Of a DNA stretch of 64,000 nucleotides, positions 1 through 11,421 are shown one piece after another. The stretch lies in the NCBI GenBank assembly GCA_918797485.1, contig CAKKNE010000001.1, forward strand, positions 372,001-436,000, in the 5' to 3' direction. Source of the DNA: Pelagomonas calceolata. Taxonomy: Eukaryota. How positions within the stretch are numbered: position 1 is the stretch's first letter; each line of letters begins with the position of its first letter. The notes below the pieces were generated by a model. That model saw nothing but the letters and a program-made list of their open reading frames with translations, was not told where the DNA came from and ran no database searches. The translations under genes were made by a program, and so were the position numbers.

Positions 1-1
1 C

Positions 2-1024
2 GCCGCGGGCGGCGCTGCTGCGGATAGAGTGGGCGGCGCCAAAGTGCTCGCTCTTTGTTTAGTAGTGTGGTCCTCTTTAGTAGCGTTGACGCCCGCCGCC
101 GCGTCGCTGGGCGTGGCGGCGTTGGCCCTGTGCCGGTTCGGCTTCGGCGTCGCCTCGGGCCCGGCGTTGCCCGCCTCTCTGGCCGTCGTGAGTTCCCAGC
201 CGGACGCCGACTCACGAGCAAAGGGCATCGCGACCGTCCTGTGCGGCTTCAACGTGGGCTCGGCCGCCGGGTTACTCTCCGCCGCGGCTCTATTAACGTT
301 GCTCGGCTGGCGGACGCTGTCGGTCGTGGCCGGTGGTTTAGGCGCTGTCGTGGCTCTATACGCGCTGACGCAGACCACAGAACAAACCACAACCATACAA
401 ACGACAAAAAAACCAATAAAATTCACAAAAAGCTTCCCATTCCAACTTGCAGCTTTAACCCACGTCCACAACTGCATCAACTGGAGCTTCTTCGTGATGC
501 AGGCGTGGCTGCCCACTTACTTTGCAACAGAGCTCGGGCTCGACATGAAATCATCAGCGTTGTTCTCGGCGCTACCTTTCGCGACGATGGCCCTCGGGTC
601 GTTAGTGTCCGGCCAAGCATCGGCCGCTCTGTTACGGCGGATGGCTCCGTTCGAGGTGCGCAAGCGGATGGTCGCGCTGTCGTCGATCGTGCCCGCGTGC
701 GCGTTACTCGCGCTGTCCTACGTCAAGAGCCCAGCGACGGCTCTTGTACTGTTAGTGACCGCTCTCGGGGCCCACTCCTTTTCCTCGGCTGGTTTGCACG
801 CCCATGTGACCGACGTCGCTCCGACCGCTTCAGGGCGGATCCTTGGGTTTACCAATACCGTGGGCGTGTTGGTGGGCATTGTCGCGAACGTGGCCACGGG
901 ACGGGTCCTGGACGCGACGGGCTCCTTCAAAGCGGTGTTTGCGCTCACGGCGGCGATTTATTTATCGGAAGTGATCGCGTTCTTCGGGTTCGTGCGGGCC
1001 GGGCCGCTCGTGGCGGAGGACTAG
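2..1024 (+). CDS. MFS transporter, SLC17/anion:cation symporter (PHT4-like); 5'-partial
   Basis: Frame open from window start; multiple TM helices; WLPTYF, LFSALPF, DVAPTASGRILGFTNT motifs typical of SLC17/ACS family. Confidence 0.85.
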   Translation, partial: AAGGAAADRVGGAKVLALCLVVWSSLVALTPAAASLGVAALALCRFGFGVASGPALPASLAVVSSQPDADSRAKGIATVLCGFNVGSAAGLLSAAALLTLLGWRTLSVVAGGLGAVVALYALTQTTEQTTTIQTTKKPIKFTKSFPFQLAALTHVHNCINWSFFVMQAWLPTYFATELGLDMKSSALFSALPFATMALGSLVSGQASAALLRRMAPFEVRKRMVALSSIVPACALLALSYVKSPATALVLLVTALGAHSFSSAGLHAHVTDVAPTASGRILGFTNTVGVLVGIVANVATGRVLDATGSFKAVFALTAAIYLSEVIAFFGFVRAGPLVAED

Positions 1025-1127
1025 TAAGTTTTCTATCTGTTACTACAAGCGCTCTGGCTGTTCCCCCATACGCCATCGACGCGCAGTGCCAGCAATGCCA
1101 GTGGCACACGTTACACACAGTCTCCTC

Positions 1128-1952
1128 TTACGGCCTAAGCGGCTCCGTCGAGTTGTAGTGCTCGCCGAGCGCGTAGTAGTCCCGGTGGTAGGTCACGACG
1201 AGCTCCTCACCTTCACCGTCCCCCATGCGCAGCGGCGCGCTATCCCGAGAATAGACGACGATCGGCCTATTCAGAGCCCGCGCGAGCGCCAGGACCTCGG
1301 GCTGGCCGCCCCACTCGGCGCTGCTCCTTACCTTAGCGCAGTGGTCTCCGAAGCTCGCATCCTCAATAAACGGCGCGAAGTCACTTTCGTGGGACTCCAT
1401 GAAAGAAGCGCAAGTCTCCCTTATTGATGTATAGGTCGACCCGCTCTGGTCCGCGACGGCGCGGTACAAGCAGTGGCCGTCGGCGGCCACGTCCTTTATT
1501 TTACGATTGATTTCCACGAGTTTTTTGGAAATGGCCTCGCATTCTTTTTTTCTCTCGGAATTCCGTCGGACCTCCTCGGCCTCGATGGCGTCCGCTTGGG
1601 CCTTGGCGCTGTCAGTCTTGGCCCTCGCTTCTCTCTTAGACTTCTTCTTCGCCGCTTTCGCAAGTTTCTTCGCCCTCTGCCTCTCCTCCTCCTCGCGCCG
1701 CTTCGCGGCCGCGTCTTCCACCACAACCGGTTCTTCCACTGTGGCCGCGTCGTCGCCGCCCTCAAGGTCCTCCAACTCCTCGTGGTGCCTATACCGCAAA
1801 TCGGACTCCTCCTGCTGCAGCGCGAACTCGATCTGCTTGAGTTTTTTTTTCGAGGCTCCTTGCCGCTGCGTTTCTGCTCGCTCTCTGAATTCTCTCCACT
1901 CCTCCTCGTGTTTTGCTTCGAGTTCTGCTAGTGCTTCGGCCTGGGCGGCCAT
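1128..1952 (-). CDS. OTU-domain deubiquitinase (OTUD6B/Otu2-like)
   Basis: Coiled-coil N-terminus, ADGHCLYRAV catalytic Cys motif, WGGQPE, YHRDYYALGEHYNS; ATG at 1952. Confidence 0.92.
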   Translation of the reverse strand: MAAQAEALAELEAKHEEEWREFRERAETQRQGASKKKLKQIEFALQQEESDLRYRHHEELEDLEGGDDAATVEEPVVVEDAAAKRREEEERQRAKKLAKAAKKKSKREARAKTDSAKAQADAIEAEEVRRNSERKKECEAISKKLVEINRKIKDVAADGHCLYRAVADQSGSTYTSIRETCASFMESHESDFAPFIEDASFGDHCAKVRSSAEWGGQPEVLALARALNRPIVVYSRDSAPLRMGDGEGEELVVTYHRDYYALGEHYNSTEPLRP

Positions 1953-2147
1953 TTGTTTTGTTTTGCGCACCGCGACGACGTCTCTGAGAGCGACGCTCTC
2001 TGTGTGAGCTACCCAGCCAGCGGTGCTCTCTGCAGCGACGGTTGATCGATGCTCGCAGCAGCGGTCGTTATGAGTTGTAGTCTTGCAGAGCGGCCGCGTT
2101 AGCACCAATTGCAAGCTGTACCGCTGCAAAGACTTAGTGGAGCTTTT

Positions 2148-2167
2148 GCTAGTGTCTTACCGCTAGC
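2148..2167 (-). promoter_or_regulatory. Bipartite upstream motif copy
   Basis: GCTAGCG-GTAAGACACTAGC on minus strand, in divergent intergenic region. Confidence 0.55.
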
Positions 2168-2526
2168 GTTAACGATTTGTCAAGCCGGTGCAGGGGATTG
2201 CGGCTCGCAGTGGCTCCTGGTCTCTGTACGCCCACCCTCCATGCCCGCGACCGCACGTAGTAAGTGCCGGCCGCGGCCGCCGCGGCGTCATCGTTGTGCC
2301 CGACACGCGCCTTCGCCTCAACCGAAGAAAGTAGGGCTGGCATCAGTGCTGCTTGCATTCAGCCGCTCTACTCGATCGTGCGACTGTTGATCGCCAATAC
2401 CCGCACGAGAACGCGTCGATTGAGTCTGAATGCGGTGAAAAACAGCGCTCGGAGCCGGAATCCCTAGGAGAGTCTTAAGTAACTGAAAGCCGACGACTCC
2501 GAGACCCTGAACTCGATTTCTGAACA

Positions 2527-3328
2527 ATGGGCGGCTGGGTACAGGTCGTGAACGAATCGAGCCTGATCCTAATCAATGGCTGTCTTTGCTGCAACGCCTC
2601 GCTCTACGCGGATTTTCCTGAGTCTCGCGGCCGCGTCCGAAGTCAGTTCCGCGGCGACGACGTCGGCCATGACGCATCGCGGCAAATGCACTGGCGCGCG
2701 CCGCGACGCTGAGGCCCCGACGCCGTCGACGCGTCGCGGCGTCGCCGCCGTCGCGACAAAGAAACGCCGCAGGTGCTGCGGGGCGTCCTGCAAGGGCGAG
2801 CTCTGCTGCTGCGTCAAGCGTTGCTGTTTCAAGGCCGGCGTGCCGCCGCTCACGTGTTGCGAGTCGTTCGTCGACAAGGAGGTCTGCTGCCAGTGCGGTC
2901 TGTGTTGTTGCGCGCTCGGCTGTAAGTGTCCGTCGACGTGCATCAAGCACCAGGGCCAGTGCTGTTGCGTCGTGAATAACATCGCGTGTCCGCGGCGACG
3001 AGGAGGTCCCGCTGACGTGCGCCCTCTGCTTTTTCGCGTGCCACCCCGTCGGGGCCCGGCGTCCATCGCTCCGCGACTCGCCGCTCACGCGACGTCCCCC
3101 CGCGCACTGCGGTATCTGCGCGCGCACGAACGCGCACTGGCCGTACCACCGCGCGCCCCCGGCGCGCCGCCCGCGATCGAGGTGATGGACGGGAAAGAGG
3201 AGGTCTTCGTCGTCGAGGCGCAGCCCGGCAGCGTGTCGGCGGTCGCGTCCCTCGAGTCGCTCGACGTCGTCGACAAGTTGCCGGACAGCGTCGCCACGCC
3301 GTTCGCGATGGACGTTATGGAACGCTAG
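2527..3328 (+). CDS. Cysteine-rich protein; exon 2527-2621, intron 2622-2772, exon from 2773, apparent frameshift near 2993
   Basis: GT..CAG splicing joins MGGW..NGCLCCNASLYADFPE in frame to CCGASCKGELCCC..; Cys-rich text continues in another frame (GDEEVPLTCALCFFAC) after 2993. Confidence 0.6.
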
Positions 3329-3440
3329 ACGTCGAAAACAAATCCGTCGTCCCCGCCGGCCTTCGCGGCCGTCGACCAGACCCACCAACCCTCCCGACCC
3401 CTCCCTCCCACCTCTCCCTCATGTAAAAGTTAAAATATTC

Positions 3441-3462
3441 CTAGTGTCTTACTGCCGCTAGC
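3441..3462 (-). promoter_or_regulatory. Bipartite upstream motif copy
   Basis: GCTAGCGGCA-GTAAGACACTAG, ~140 bp upstream of the GT8 ATG. Confidence 0.55.
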
Positions 3463-3602
3463 TCCGCTTTTTGGCTGGTGATTTTTTTTTTGGCTGCCTC
3501 ATTGGCCAACACGCTGTGCTGCGTTGCAGGACAAGCATTTCTTCGGTACTCATCAGTTTTCGAGCACTGGTGCAAGAGCTGCTGGATTCAGCGTGTGCAC
3601 AG

Positions 3603-4684
3603 ATGCTGCGCTGCACCGTCCTAGCGGCAGTCGTCGCAACAGCGACCGCCGGCGCGCGCGACGCCTGGCAGGCCTCGCTGCAAAGCAGTAAGAGGGACCG
3701 GCCGCCCCCCAGATCTCCGATCTGGGACAAGTCCTTCCGCTGCGTCATCAACGGCAAAAACGCGTCGACGAACGCCTACGCCGTGGTGTTGGGTCCCATC
3801 TCCGAGGAGCGGAAGTATTCCAAGTGGGTATATCCTATCTTAGCGCTGAAGGCCGCTTTGCACAAACGCGGATCGCGCGCGGACGTCCTCGCGCTCCTAG
3901 CTCTGGAAGAAGACAAGGAACACCATCGCATGCTTCCTGGGAGGAAGCCATGCTCCGAAAGGCCGGTGTGCGGTACCGCTACGTTCCAAAACCTAGAATA
4001 AGAGGCTTCCACATGGGCCACTACAAATTGTGGGCCTGGCAGCACACGGAGTACCGCCGAATACAAGTCTTGGATGCGGACGTCCTGCCGCTCGTAAATA
4101 TGGACGCGCTGTTCGACCTGCCGATAGCATCTCCATTTGTCGGCTGCCCGGGCAAGGATAGTGTCTTAAACGCGGGCTGGTTCTCGCTGACACCGGACTG
4201 CGAGACCTTCAAGCGCATGACGGACCTGCTCTGGTACCGCGGCATGCGCCGGCCGCGGCAGTGGGACATCTCGAAAGGCTGGGGCGTGCCGATGCCGGCC
4301 TGGACGAACGCTCTTGGGAGAGAAATGAACACCGGCTGGGACTTCTTCGACGCCCGGGGCAACCAGGGCCACATGTACGCCTACTTTAGGTTTTTTGCGC
4401 GGGATCTGGTGCTCTTCTACCCGTCGCAAGTGGTCCGTTATTCATTATCGAGGGAGGTCGTCGTTTCTACGATGGGCGACGGCTCGGACCTCTCGCAAAA
4501 GGTCTGGGCGGCGTTCCCCTGCCCCTTCGTCCGCAAGGAGGCGCCTCCACCATTAGCGTATTACCACTTCACGGGCAACAAAAAACCCTGGTCGAAGTAC
4601 GACCCCTCCAATTCGAAATTCGCGGAGTGGTACGCGGCGCTGGGCGAGGCCGGCGTCGACCCGTCGGTCCTTTTTGCTGAGTAA
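3603..4684 (+). CDS. Glycosyltransferase family 8 (glycogenin-like), frameshift near 3937
   Basis: Signal peptide; YKLWAWQHTEYRRIQVLDADVL (DxD), LNAG, NQG, HFTGNKKPW; two overlapping ORFs join if one C is added at CTTCC/TGG. Confidence 0.85.
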
Positions 4685-4773
4685 TTGTTTGTTGTGAGAC
4701 GCAGTCCTAATGAGGGCCGGCCAGCGCAGCGACATCACGGCGTGGAGGCAAGAAAATCATAAACACAACGTTC

Positions 4774-5580
4774 TTACGCCGCCGGGCGCCGCGCCCGCAC
4801 CCACCAGACCGTCTCGCCCTCCCGCCTCCACACTAGAGCGCTCTTCGACGACGCGCGCGCGTCGAGGCGCCAGCCCGCGTCGACGTCGACGTCGCGCTCG
4901 CCGCTCACGACGACGTCCAGGAGCCGCGGGTCGTATCGGCGCGATTCGGGCCCCCACGACAGGCGGCCGCCGGCCGTGCGCCAGACCTTGCCCGCCTCCG
5001 CCAGGGCCCGCTTCGCGTCGGGGCACGCCGCGGCCGCCTCCCTCAGGAGCAAAAGCGCGTCGTCCTCGTACCCGGGCGCGCGCTTCAGCTGCGTCGCGGC
5101 GCCGGCGCGGTCGCCGCGCGCCTCGAGCATCCGCCCGCGCCGCATCTGCCAGGGCGCCTCGTCCTCCGGTTCCACGCAACCGCCCTTTACGAGTGCCTCG
5201 ATGGCGCACCGCACCGGGTGGATCGGGATGAGTTCGCCGACCATCATGTCGTTGGTCGCCGGCGACCGGCCGACGACGACGCGGTTCGTCGTGTCGAGCC
5301 AGCGCGTGATCGCTTCTCGCTCGTAGAGGCGGCCGTCGGGCGCGACGACGGGGTCGACGAAAAGCTCGAGCGTGATGGGGCAGCGGTGCTCCTCGAGCTG
5401 CGATCGCAGAGCCGCGTCGACGCGCGCGCGCTTGTTGGGCTCTTCCGGCGCCGCGTCGACGCGCGCGCGCTTGTTGGGCACTGGCGACGTGCTGGTTTCT
5501 TGTGATAGTTGCGGCGCAGCCTCCGCGCGCGCACGCTTGTTGGTCTGTAGAGACGACGATGGTGCCTTGCGCGTCGTCAT
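4774..5580 (-). CDS. U-box domain protein
   Basis: CPITLELFVDPVVAPDGRLYEREAITRWL...SPATN U-box signature; N-terminal NKRAR repeats (NLS-like). Confidence 0.8.
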   Translation of the reverse strand: MTTRKAPSSSLQTNKRARAEAAPQLSQETSTSPVPNKRARVDAAPEEPNKRARVDAALRSQLEEHRCPITLELFVDPVVAPDGRLYEREAITRWLDTTNRVVVGRSPATNDMMVGELIPIHPVRCAIEALVKGGCVEPEDEAPWQMRRGRMLEARGDRAGAATQLKRAPGYEDDALLLLREAAAACPDAKRALAEAGKVWRTAGGRLSWGPESRRYDPRLLDVVVSGERDVDVDAGWRLDARASSKSALVWRREGETVWWVRARRPAA

Positions 5581-5983
5581 GGCTGCGGTCACTGCGTCGC
5601 GCGGACTGCGCGTCGACGGCGTTTTTGCTGCGCGCGGTTGCGGAGGCCAGCTATGCTGCCAGCTGAGTGCGCTCAACTGCAGTCCTCTCGCCGTAACTCG
5701 CGCAGCGCTGCGAGAGTACGCGCTGCAGCGCTAGACAAGGACGAATGGCAACTTCTCCTGCGCTTGCAGATGCCGGAGTGGCCGGCTTTCAGGAACTGCA
5801 GCCTTCGTCAGGCTGCTCTTCCAGTTGGCCAATTGGCCATTCTGGCGATATCTTGGTTTGAAGCGGAAGACTCGTGAGTGCCCTCTACAAGGGCTGATGA
5901 CGGCCTAAACCCGCAAGCGAAAATAACGGATGACCAGATACCCTGGTGCCCTCACGGAATCCGGCGGCGCCGAGCGACGGCAT

Positions 5984-8667
5984 TTAATCAACATCGTCCA
6001 GCCCCGCGCGGCCCCGACGACCCACTTTCAAAGCCAGCTCCTCGGGCGCCTCCCCGACCTCGCAGTCGTCGTCGCCCCCGAACGCTCGAGGCAAGTCCCG
6101 GGGGTCGACGAGCTCCCGCAACGTCGAAGCGTAGTCCGACCTTAACACAGTCACCTTGGCGCGGACCTGCGGTTCCAGCAAAGGCGACACGATGGACCAG
6201 ACCACCCCAAAGGCCGCCGGCGCGTTAATCACGATGGTCCGCCACACGCGCTCCGGCGAGTGCCTGTTCACCGCACCTACCAAGTTAAAGTACTTCAGGC
6301 AGCTCCCCCCACAGTCCCCGAGACCCACATTGCGGCAGTCGATGATCTTCAGAAAGTACCCGCCGGGATCGAGCGGCCTTCGACCAACCTCGTCCACATC
6401 ATCCAACAAAGTAGCGTAGGTCCAGCACGCGACGAAATGCATATGTTCTACGATATCTTCTATGGAAACGCCCTCGTCAATAAGTTGTCGGAACGTAGCA
6501 TTCGGTCTATCGATGACTTCGTAGGAGCAGAGCAGGTGTCCTTTTCTGTCCCTTTTATGTAAGAAATGGATATGTCGCCGTTTAATAGCGAAGTGGGGCT
6601 GCGGCCTTAGTTGGACCTCCCTCGGATGGTTCCGTTGCCTCCATCCATATACCGTAGTTTCGGCCCAGCGCCGCCGCGCTTCATCTTTATCGCCTCGCAC
6701 AGCCAACAAGAATCTTCGAGGTACGTCCGCCGGTAGCGGGATGGAGGCCCTTGCACAAGCCTCCCTCGCTAGTCGCGCGTCCTCGCTCTCCGGCTTGTCT
6801 TCTTCTTCATCACTTACGTCGGACTGGCGCCAGCGCCAGTCCACCAAGCGGACGTCGACGCAGCCGCCCTTGCTCCGCGCGTAGCGTAAAGCTGAACAGG
6901 GCTCCTCGTCGTCGACCTCCGCCGCGGCCGCGGCCAACGCGAAGACGATGAATACTAGAAATGCGAGACCCAGCAACGACCCGAGCGACGCCTTGAGGTG
7001 GTAGGCGCCGTGTTCCTTCACTAACATCAGACTCCTTCCGAGGAAGTAGCGCCGTATCAAATGCACCAGAAGCAGCACCGACGCCATCGATGCGATCGAT
7101 TCGGCGGCGGGCCGGCCGACGTAAGGTTCGAGAAGCGACGCGAGGCCGCGCGCGGGCTCCTTTACCAAATCGGAGGCACTTCGAGCGAGCACAGCGGCCC
7201 AGCGCGGCACGGCGGCGCCGTCGTCGTTCTTGGACGCCTCCAGTAGAACAGAAGCGTCGACGGCCACCAGCACCTCCAAATTCGAGTCGTCCGTGTCCTC
7301 TTGCTCTTCGGTCTCGACCGACGCCCAGAAGGCGCTTCTCGACACTTTTGCCGCGGCGATGGCGTGTTCCGCCGACGACGGCGCGCCGAGCCCCCTCCTA
7401 TGGTCGTGGTGGGCTCTTCGCACCAAATCCCCAACATCCAGGTCGACGCGGCCGCACCGCAGATCCAATCTCGCTTTCATCGAGCGACAGTCGACTCGTA
7501 ACGGCCTTCTCCAGCCGTAGGCGTCCGTCTCCCTTGACAGCAACGTCTCCTTGTTCCTCGCATCCACTAGGGTAGCTAAACAGAGGTCGTGGCCCCGCGC
7601 TCGCGCGTCGAGCCGAGCCACGGCCCGCAGAGCCCGATCGCGCGCGCGAGCCACGGCTCGTAACCACGCGAGGCACTCCCTTGCGGAAGACGCTCTGAGT
7701 TCTACAGTCTTCGACGCATCCAAACCTCCTAAAGCAAAGCACCGATGATGTAAGGGTGGCGCGTCCACCCCGGCCTCGCCGTGTCTGAGGATAGAGAGGA
7801 TGTCCGTGACGTGGACGTGGTGCAGTAACCGCCCGTCACTTTCGTTCACGGGGTCGAACACCAGCAAGGATAAATGTGTGAGTAACACGTGCGCGGGGAC
7901 CCACGCGCCGTTCCTTAAACAGTCCAGGCGGCCTCGCCGCGTGACGCCGGGCAGCGACCTGCGTGGACATCAAATTTTACGTTGTCTCGCCTCATGAGAT
8001 CACGTCGCCGCGACGCCATCGCCGCGACGCCATCGCCGCGACGGCGTTACGGCGCCTTCCTCCTGGATCACCGCGTCGACCTCCACGCCATCGACGCGAC
8101 ACCTGCTCACCGCTCGACGGAACCAGCGCGGCCACGCCTGGTTGATTTCCACACCGGCAGCGACTGCGGGTCGCCCAGAGGATACACCCGTCGTTGCGAC
8201 GTGACCGAATCTCTATTGAAGAGGCCCCTTTGTACAGGAGCTCTATCAGCTGTGGTCCAGGGGCCCTTTTTGTCGAGCTCGAGGAAACTCCTCACGGCCT
8301 TCTGGCAGGCTAGAGGGAGGTCATCCGTCCTTCTTGTCAACAACTGGAGCCACGCGTCCAGCTGTTGGGACTGGTCTGAAGCTTGTCTTGGCGTCGGCCG
8401 CAAGCCTAATCTTTGACCCCGAATCTGCTTCGGGAAGCGATCCCTCGCCGCATATAAAACACCACCATCATCCCGCAACCGCTCGTGCAACCGCCGGCAC
8501 TGCTCGTAGGTCACGCCCAACGTTCTTTCGGTCGGACCGCTCGACGCCCGGACGACGAACGTCGCGACCGTGCCGTTGACGGCGTAGCGCTCGACGCGCG
8601 CCTCGATGGATGTCGTTTCTTCTTCTTTCGGCGACTGGGGCTCGGCTTCGAGGAAGCGCGCTTCCAT
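5984..8667 (-). CDS. PX-like + PH + TM + CRAL-TRIO (Sec14) lipid-binding protein; two exons (8667-8165, 7958-5984)
   Basis: Splicing 7959-8164 gives ..GDPQSLPGVTRRGRLD..HVLLTHLS in frame; ELRASSARECLAWLRAV (PH), HSPERVWRTIVINAPAAFGVVWSIVSPLL..LPRAFGG (CRAL-TRIO). Confidence 0.8.
7959..8156 (-). mobile_element. Introner element (MITE-like) forming intron 7959-8164
   Basis: Imperfect 15-bp TIR (CTGCGTGGACATCAA / TTGATTTCCACACCG), exact 8-bp TSD GCAGCGAC at 7951-7958 and 8157-8164; donor GT from TSD, acceptor CAG from TIR. Confidence 0.85.
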
Positions 8668-8831
8668 CCGTCTTTGGCAGCTTTGTGGCTGCTCCTGATC
8701 TAGCCCCGTGCCGCAGCTTTTCTTCGTCCAGACCGCTTCGTGTGATTGATAAGGTGATGAAACCTGCTCGCCAGCGTCTGAGGAGCGCTTGCGGCACAGA
8801 TCTCGGCGCGAAACTGCAAATTCGATGCGTA

Positions 8832-8855
8832 GCTAGCGGTCAGTAAGACACTAGC
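8832..8855 (+). promoter_or_regulatory. Bipartite upstream motif copy
   Basis: GCTAGCGGTCA-GTAAGACACTAGC between divergent genes. Confidence 0.55.
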
Positions 8856-9056
8856 AAGGCAAGCATTCACGGCATACACTTGTCAAAAGCGCTCCCCGTC
8901 GCCTTGACATTGTTGATTGTTCGCTTTATGTAAGGTGATCGCGCCAGCCATCTCTCGACGAGAGTACGACGCCTGAACTCAATCAATTTGTCTCTTCTCT
9001 TCCTGGTAAATATTTGCACCAGCACTTGTTGCTGAGCACACTGAAACGTTATCACC

Positions 9057-11243
9057 ATGCGTCGACGCCGATCAACGCGCTCCGTCATCAAACTCCTCGC
9101 AGCCGCGGCGGTAGCGACGGCATCCATCGTCAGCCTCGTGCGGCCTCGTGCGGCTTTCGACCCGACCGCGGAATTGCCGCTCTGCGAGGACATCGAGGAG
9201 ATCGACACGAGGGTGCTCGCCCAGCCGCCAAGGCGAGGTAATGCGCCGGAGCAGCTCATGGACTTCCTCAGGACGTATAAAAACGAGCACCGCCCGGGCG
9301 ACGAAGACGACGACGACGACGAAAAGGAGCCGGGCCCGGTGGCGGCAGGATTAGACACGTATGCGGGTGAGTGGTACTCCCGCGACGCGGGCGGCACGTT
9401 CGTGCTCGCGTTCACGGACAACCCGAAGCCCCACCTCGAGGCGATCCGCTGGCGGCGGCCGCCGGAGACCGGTGACTGGCCCGTCGACGTCGTTCGGGCC
9501 CCCCACACCCACTCAGAGCTCAAGGCCGCCGAGAAGAAGGTCGACAAAATGTTCGAAAAGTTGCGCGGTCGCCCAAATTTGAAGAGCTATGCCTACGCTT
9601 CCGACCCGCAGCGCAGTCGCGTCGAAATCAGCCTGTCAGGATACACCTTCGAAGATATGGCCGCGATGGCCAACGCGCTCGACGACGAGGCCCACGGAAA
9701 GGTCTGTCTCTGGGGGCGCCCGTCGATACGGGTGCCGACGCTTGAGGACCGGTTGCTGGCCCGGTTCGCTCCGATGGCCGACGCCGTCGACGCCGATTCG
9801 AAGCCGGTCGGGGTGTGGCTCCGCAATTCCGACGGCTATGGCGGGAGGCAGGGGTTACGCCTCGCCCTCCCCAAAGGCCTCAGAACGGTGGAAATGCGCC
9901 TCGACAGGACGAACCCGCCCGACCCGGATTCCACCACCCTGCACCTGCTCGTGAGGCAGAGCGGTTGCGGCAGCGGCAGGAGCGGCGTCGAGCGCATGCC
10001 GAAGCCCGAGGTGATCGAGTCCGCCACCGAGATCCGCATCGCCATGGGCGTGATCCCGCCGGATGGCGCGGTGGCGTGTCCAGGCCACCCGCTCGACCCG
10101 ATCAAGATTGAACTCGCCGCCCCGATCGGCCGGCGGAAGATCGTCGACGGGCTCATAGTGCCCCCGGAGCCCCTCGAGTTCATGCGTCTGCGGAGGGGAT
10201 CGAGGCGTGAGCTCGATGACGCGTCGACTCGCCGCGACGACGCGGTCCGGCGAAGGCGCCTGGCTCAAGGCGCCACTCCAAAAAGGGGACTCCCTCGACT
10301 CCGACCGCATCGGCGCGATGCCGTGACGTCCCCAGGACTGCCGCTCGACCTCTGCCAGGACATTGTTCCGACCTCATACAGCCATGCTGAGCTCACTGAA
10401 GCCCAGCAGAGGGTGAGTTCAATGATGAGGCAGTTCTTCGAGAGGAAAAACGATGATACATTAATGGCCGGCTGGTATGTAGGGGGGAGCAATCGCGTCC
10501 AGATCGATATTACGTGCCCTGGCCACCCCACCGTCGAGGAGATATCCGCAATGGCCGACGCGCTCGACGACGAGTTCCACGGAATGGTCTGCGTCGAGGG
10601 GCCCCTGTGGGACGGCTCAATCCGGCTGCCGACGGTCGACGACCGGTTCGCTCCGATGGCCGACGCCGGCGCTAACCCGCTCGTGGAGTGCGACGACGAC
10701 GAACGCGTCCCGGATTCAAAGTATACCGGCGACTGCGGGGATGCTCAAGAGGTACGCCTCGTCCTCCCCGACTTCATCGGCGAGGTGGAAATGCAATTCG
10801 ACCGGCGGAATCCGCCCGACTCGGACTCGACTACGCTGCACCTGCTCGTGACGCAGAAGGCCTGCGCCAGCGGCAGGAGCGGCGTCGAGCGCATGCTGAA
10901 GCCCGAGGTGATCGAGTCCGCCACCGAAATTCGAGTCGCGATGGGCGTGATCGCGGGGTGTGGCGGGAGGTGTCCAGGCAACCCCTTCGTCCCGATCACG
11001 ATCAAGCTCGCCGCCCCGATCGGCCAGCGGAAGATCGTCGACGGGCTCTTTTTGCCCCCGAGGCCCCTATGGCCCAAGAGCCTTAGAATCGCCCGGCCCT
11101 ATCGGCGGAATCTCGTTATCTATGCCTTGGCGTTCGCGCTGGTAGTGCTTGCGATGGCGAGGGCGGCGATGGCGGTGCGGCGATGGCGACGCGCGAACGC
11201 GGAGGTGTGGCACTGGCGGCGCGCGCGAGATCATACCTCCTAA
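9057..11243 (+). CDS. Secreted/membrane-anchored protein with duplicated actinobacterial-like domain; possible in-frame intron 10186-10335
   Basis: N-terminal hydrophobic segment, C-terminal TM; two copies of PPDxDSTTLHLLV..C.SGRSG..PEVIES..CPG.P..LAAPIG.RKIVDG. Confidence 0.7.
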   Translation: MRRRRSTRSVIKLLAAAAVATASIVSLVRPRAAFDPTAELPLCEDIEEIDTRVLAQPPRRGNAPEQLMDFLRTYKNEHRPGDEDDDDDEKEPGPVAAGLDTYAGEWYSRDAGGTFVLAFTDNPKPHLEAIRWRRPPETGDWPVDVVRAPHTHSELKAAEKKVDKMFEKLRGRPNLKSYAYASDPQRSRVEISLSGYTFEDMAAMANALDDEAHGKVCLWGRPSIRVPTLEDRLLARFAPMADAVDADSKPVGVWLRNSDGYGGRQGLRLALPKGLRTVEMRLDRTNPPDPDSTTLHLLVRQSGCGSGRSGVERMPKPEVIESATEIRIAMGVIPPDGAVACPGHPLDPIKIELAAPIGRRKIVDGLIVPPEPLEFMRLRRGSRRELDDASTRRDDAVRRRRLAQGATPKRGLPRLRPHRRDAVTSPGLPLDLCQDIVPTSYSHAELTEAQQRVSSMMRQFFERKNDDTLMAGWYVGGSNRVQIDITCPGHPTVEEISAMADALDDEFHGMVCVEGPLWDGSIRLPTVDDRFAPMADAGANPLVECDDDERVPDSKYTGDCGDAQEVRLVLPDFIGEVEMQFDRRNPPDSDSTTLHLLVTQKACASGRSGVERMLKPEVIESATEIRVAMGVIAGCGGRCPGNPFVPITIKLAAPIGQRKIVDGLFLPPRPLWPKSLRIARPYRRNLVIYALAFALVVLAMARAAMAVRRWRRANAEVWHWRRARDHTS

Positions 11244-11421
11244 GTCCCCCGACACACACGCCACCGCGTAAGCATCAAAAAAACAGTAACCGCCATTGAA
11301 TGAGTCATTACAGGGTCTTGTCGATGTGGGGGGCGCGAGGGAAGGGGTGGCGGCGCGCGCGACTGGCTCGCGCACGAAATGCCGGGAGGGGGTATGGGGA
11401 GATTCCTGATTTTTTTTCTGT

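Noticed and set aside
5826..5839. Palindrome TGGCCAATTGGCCA
   Set aside because: Single short instance; could be paired CCAAT boxes but not supportable
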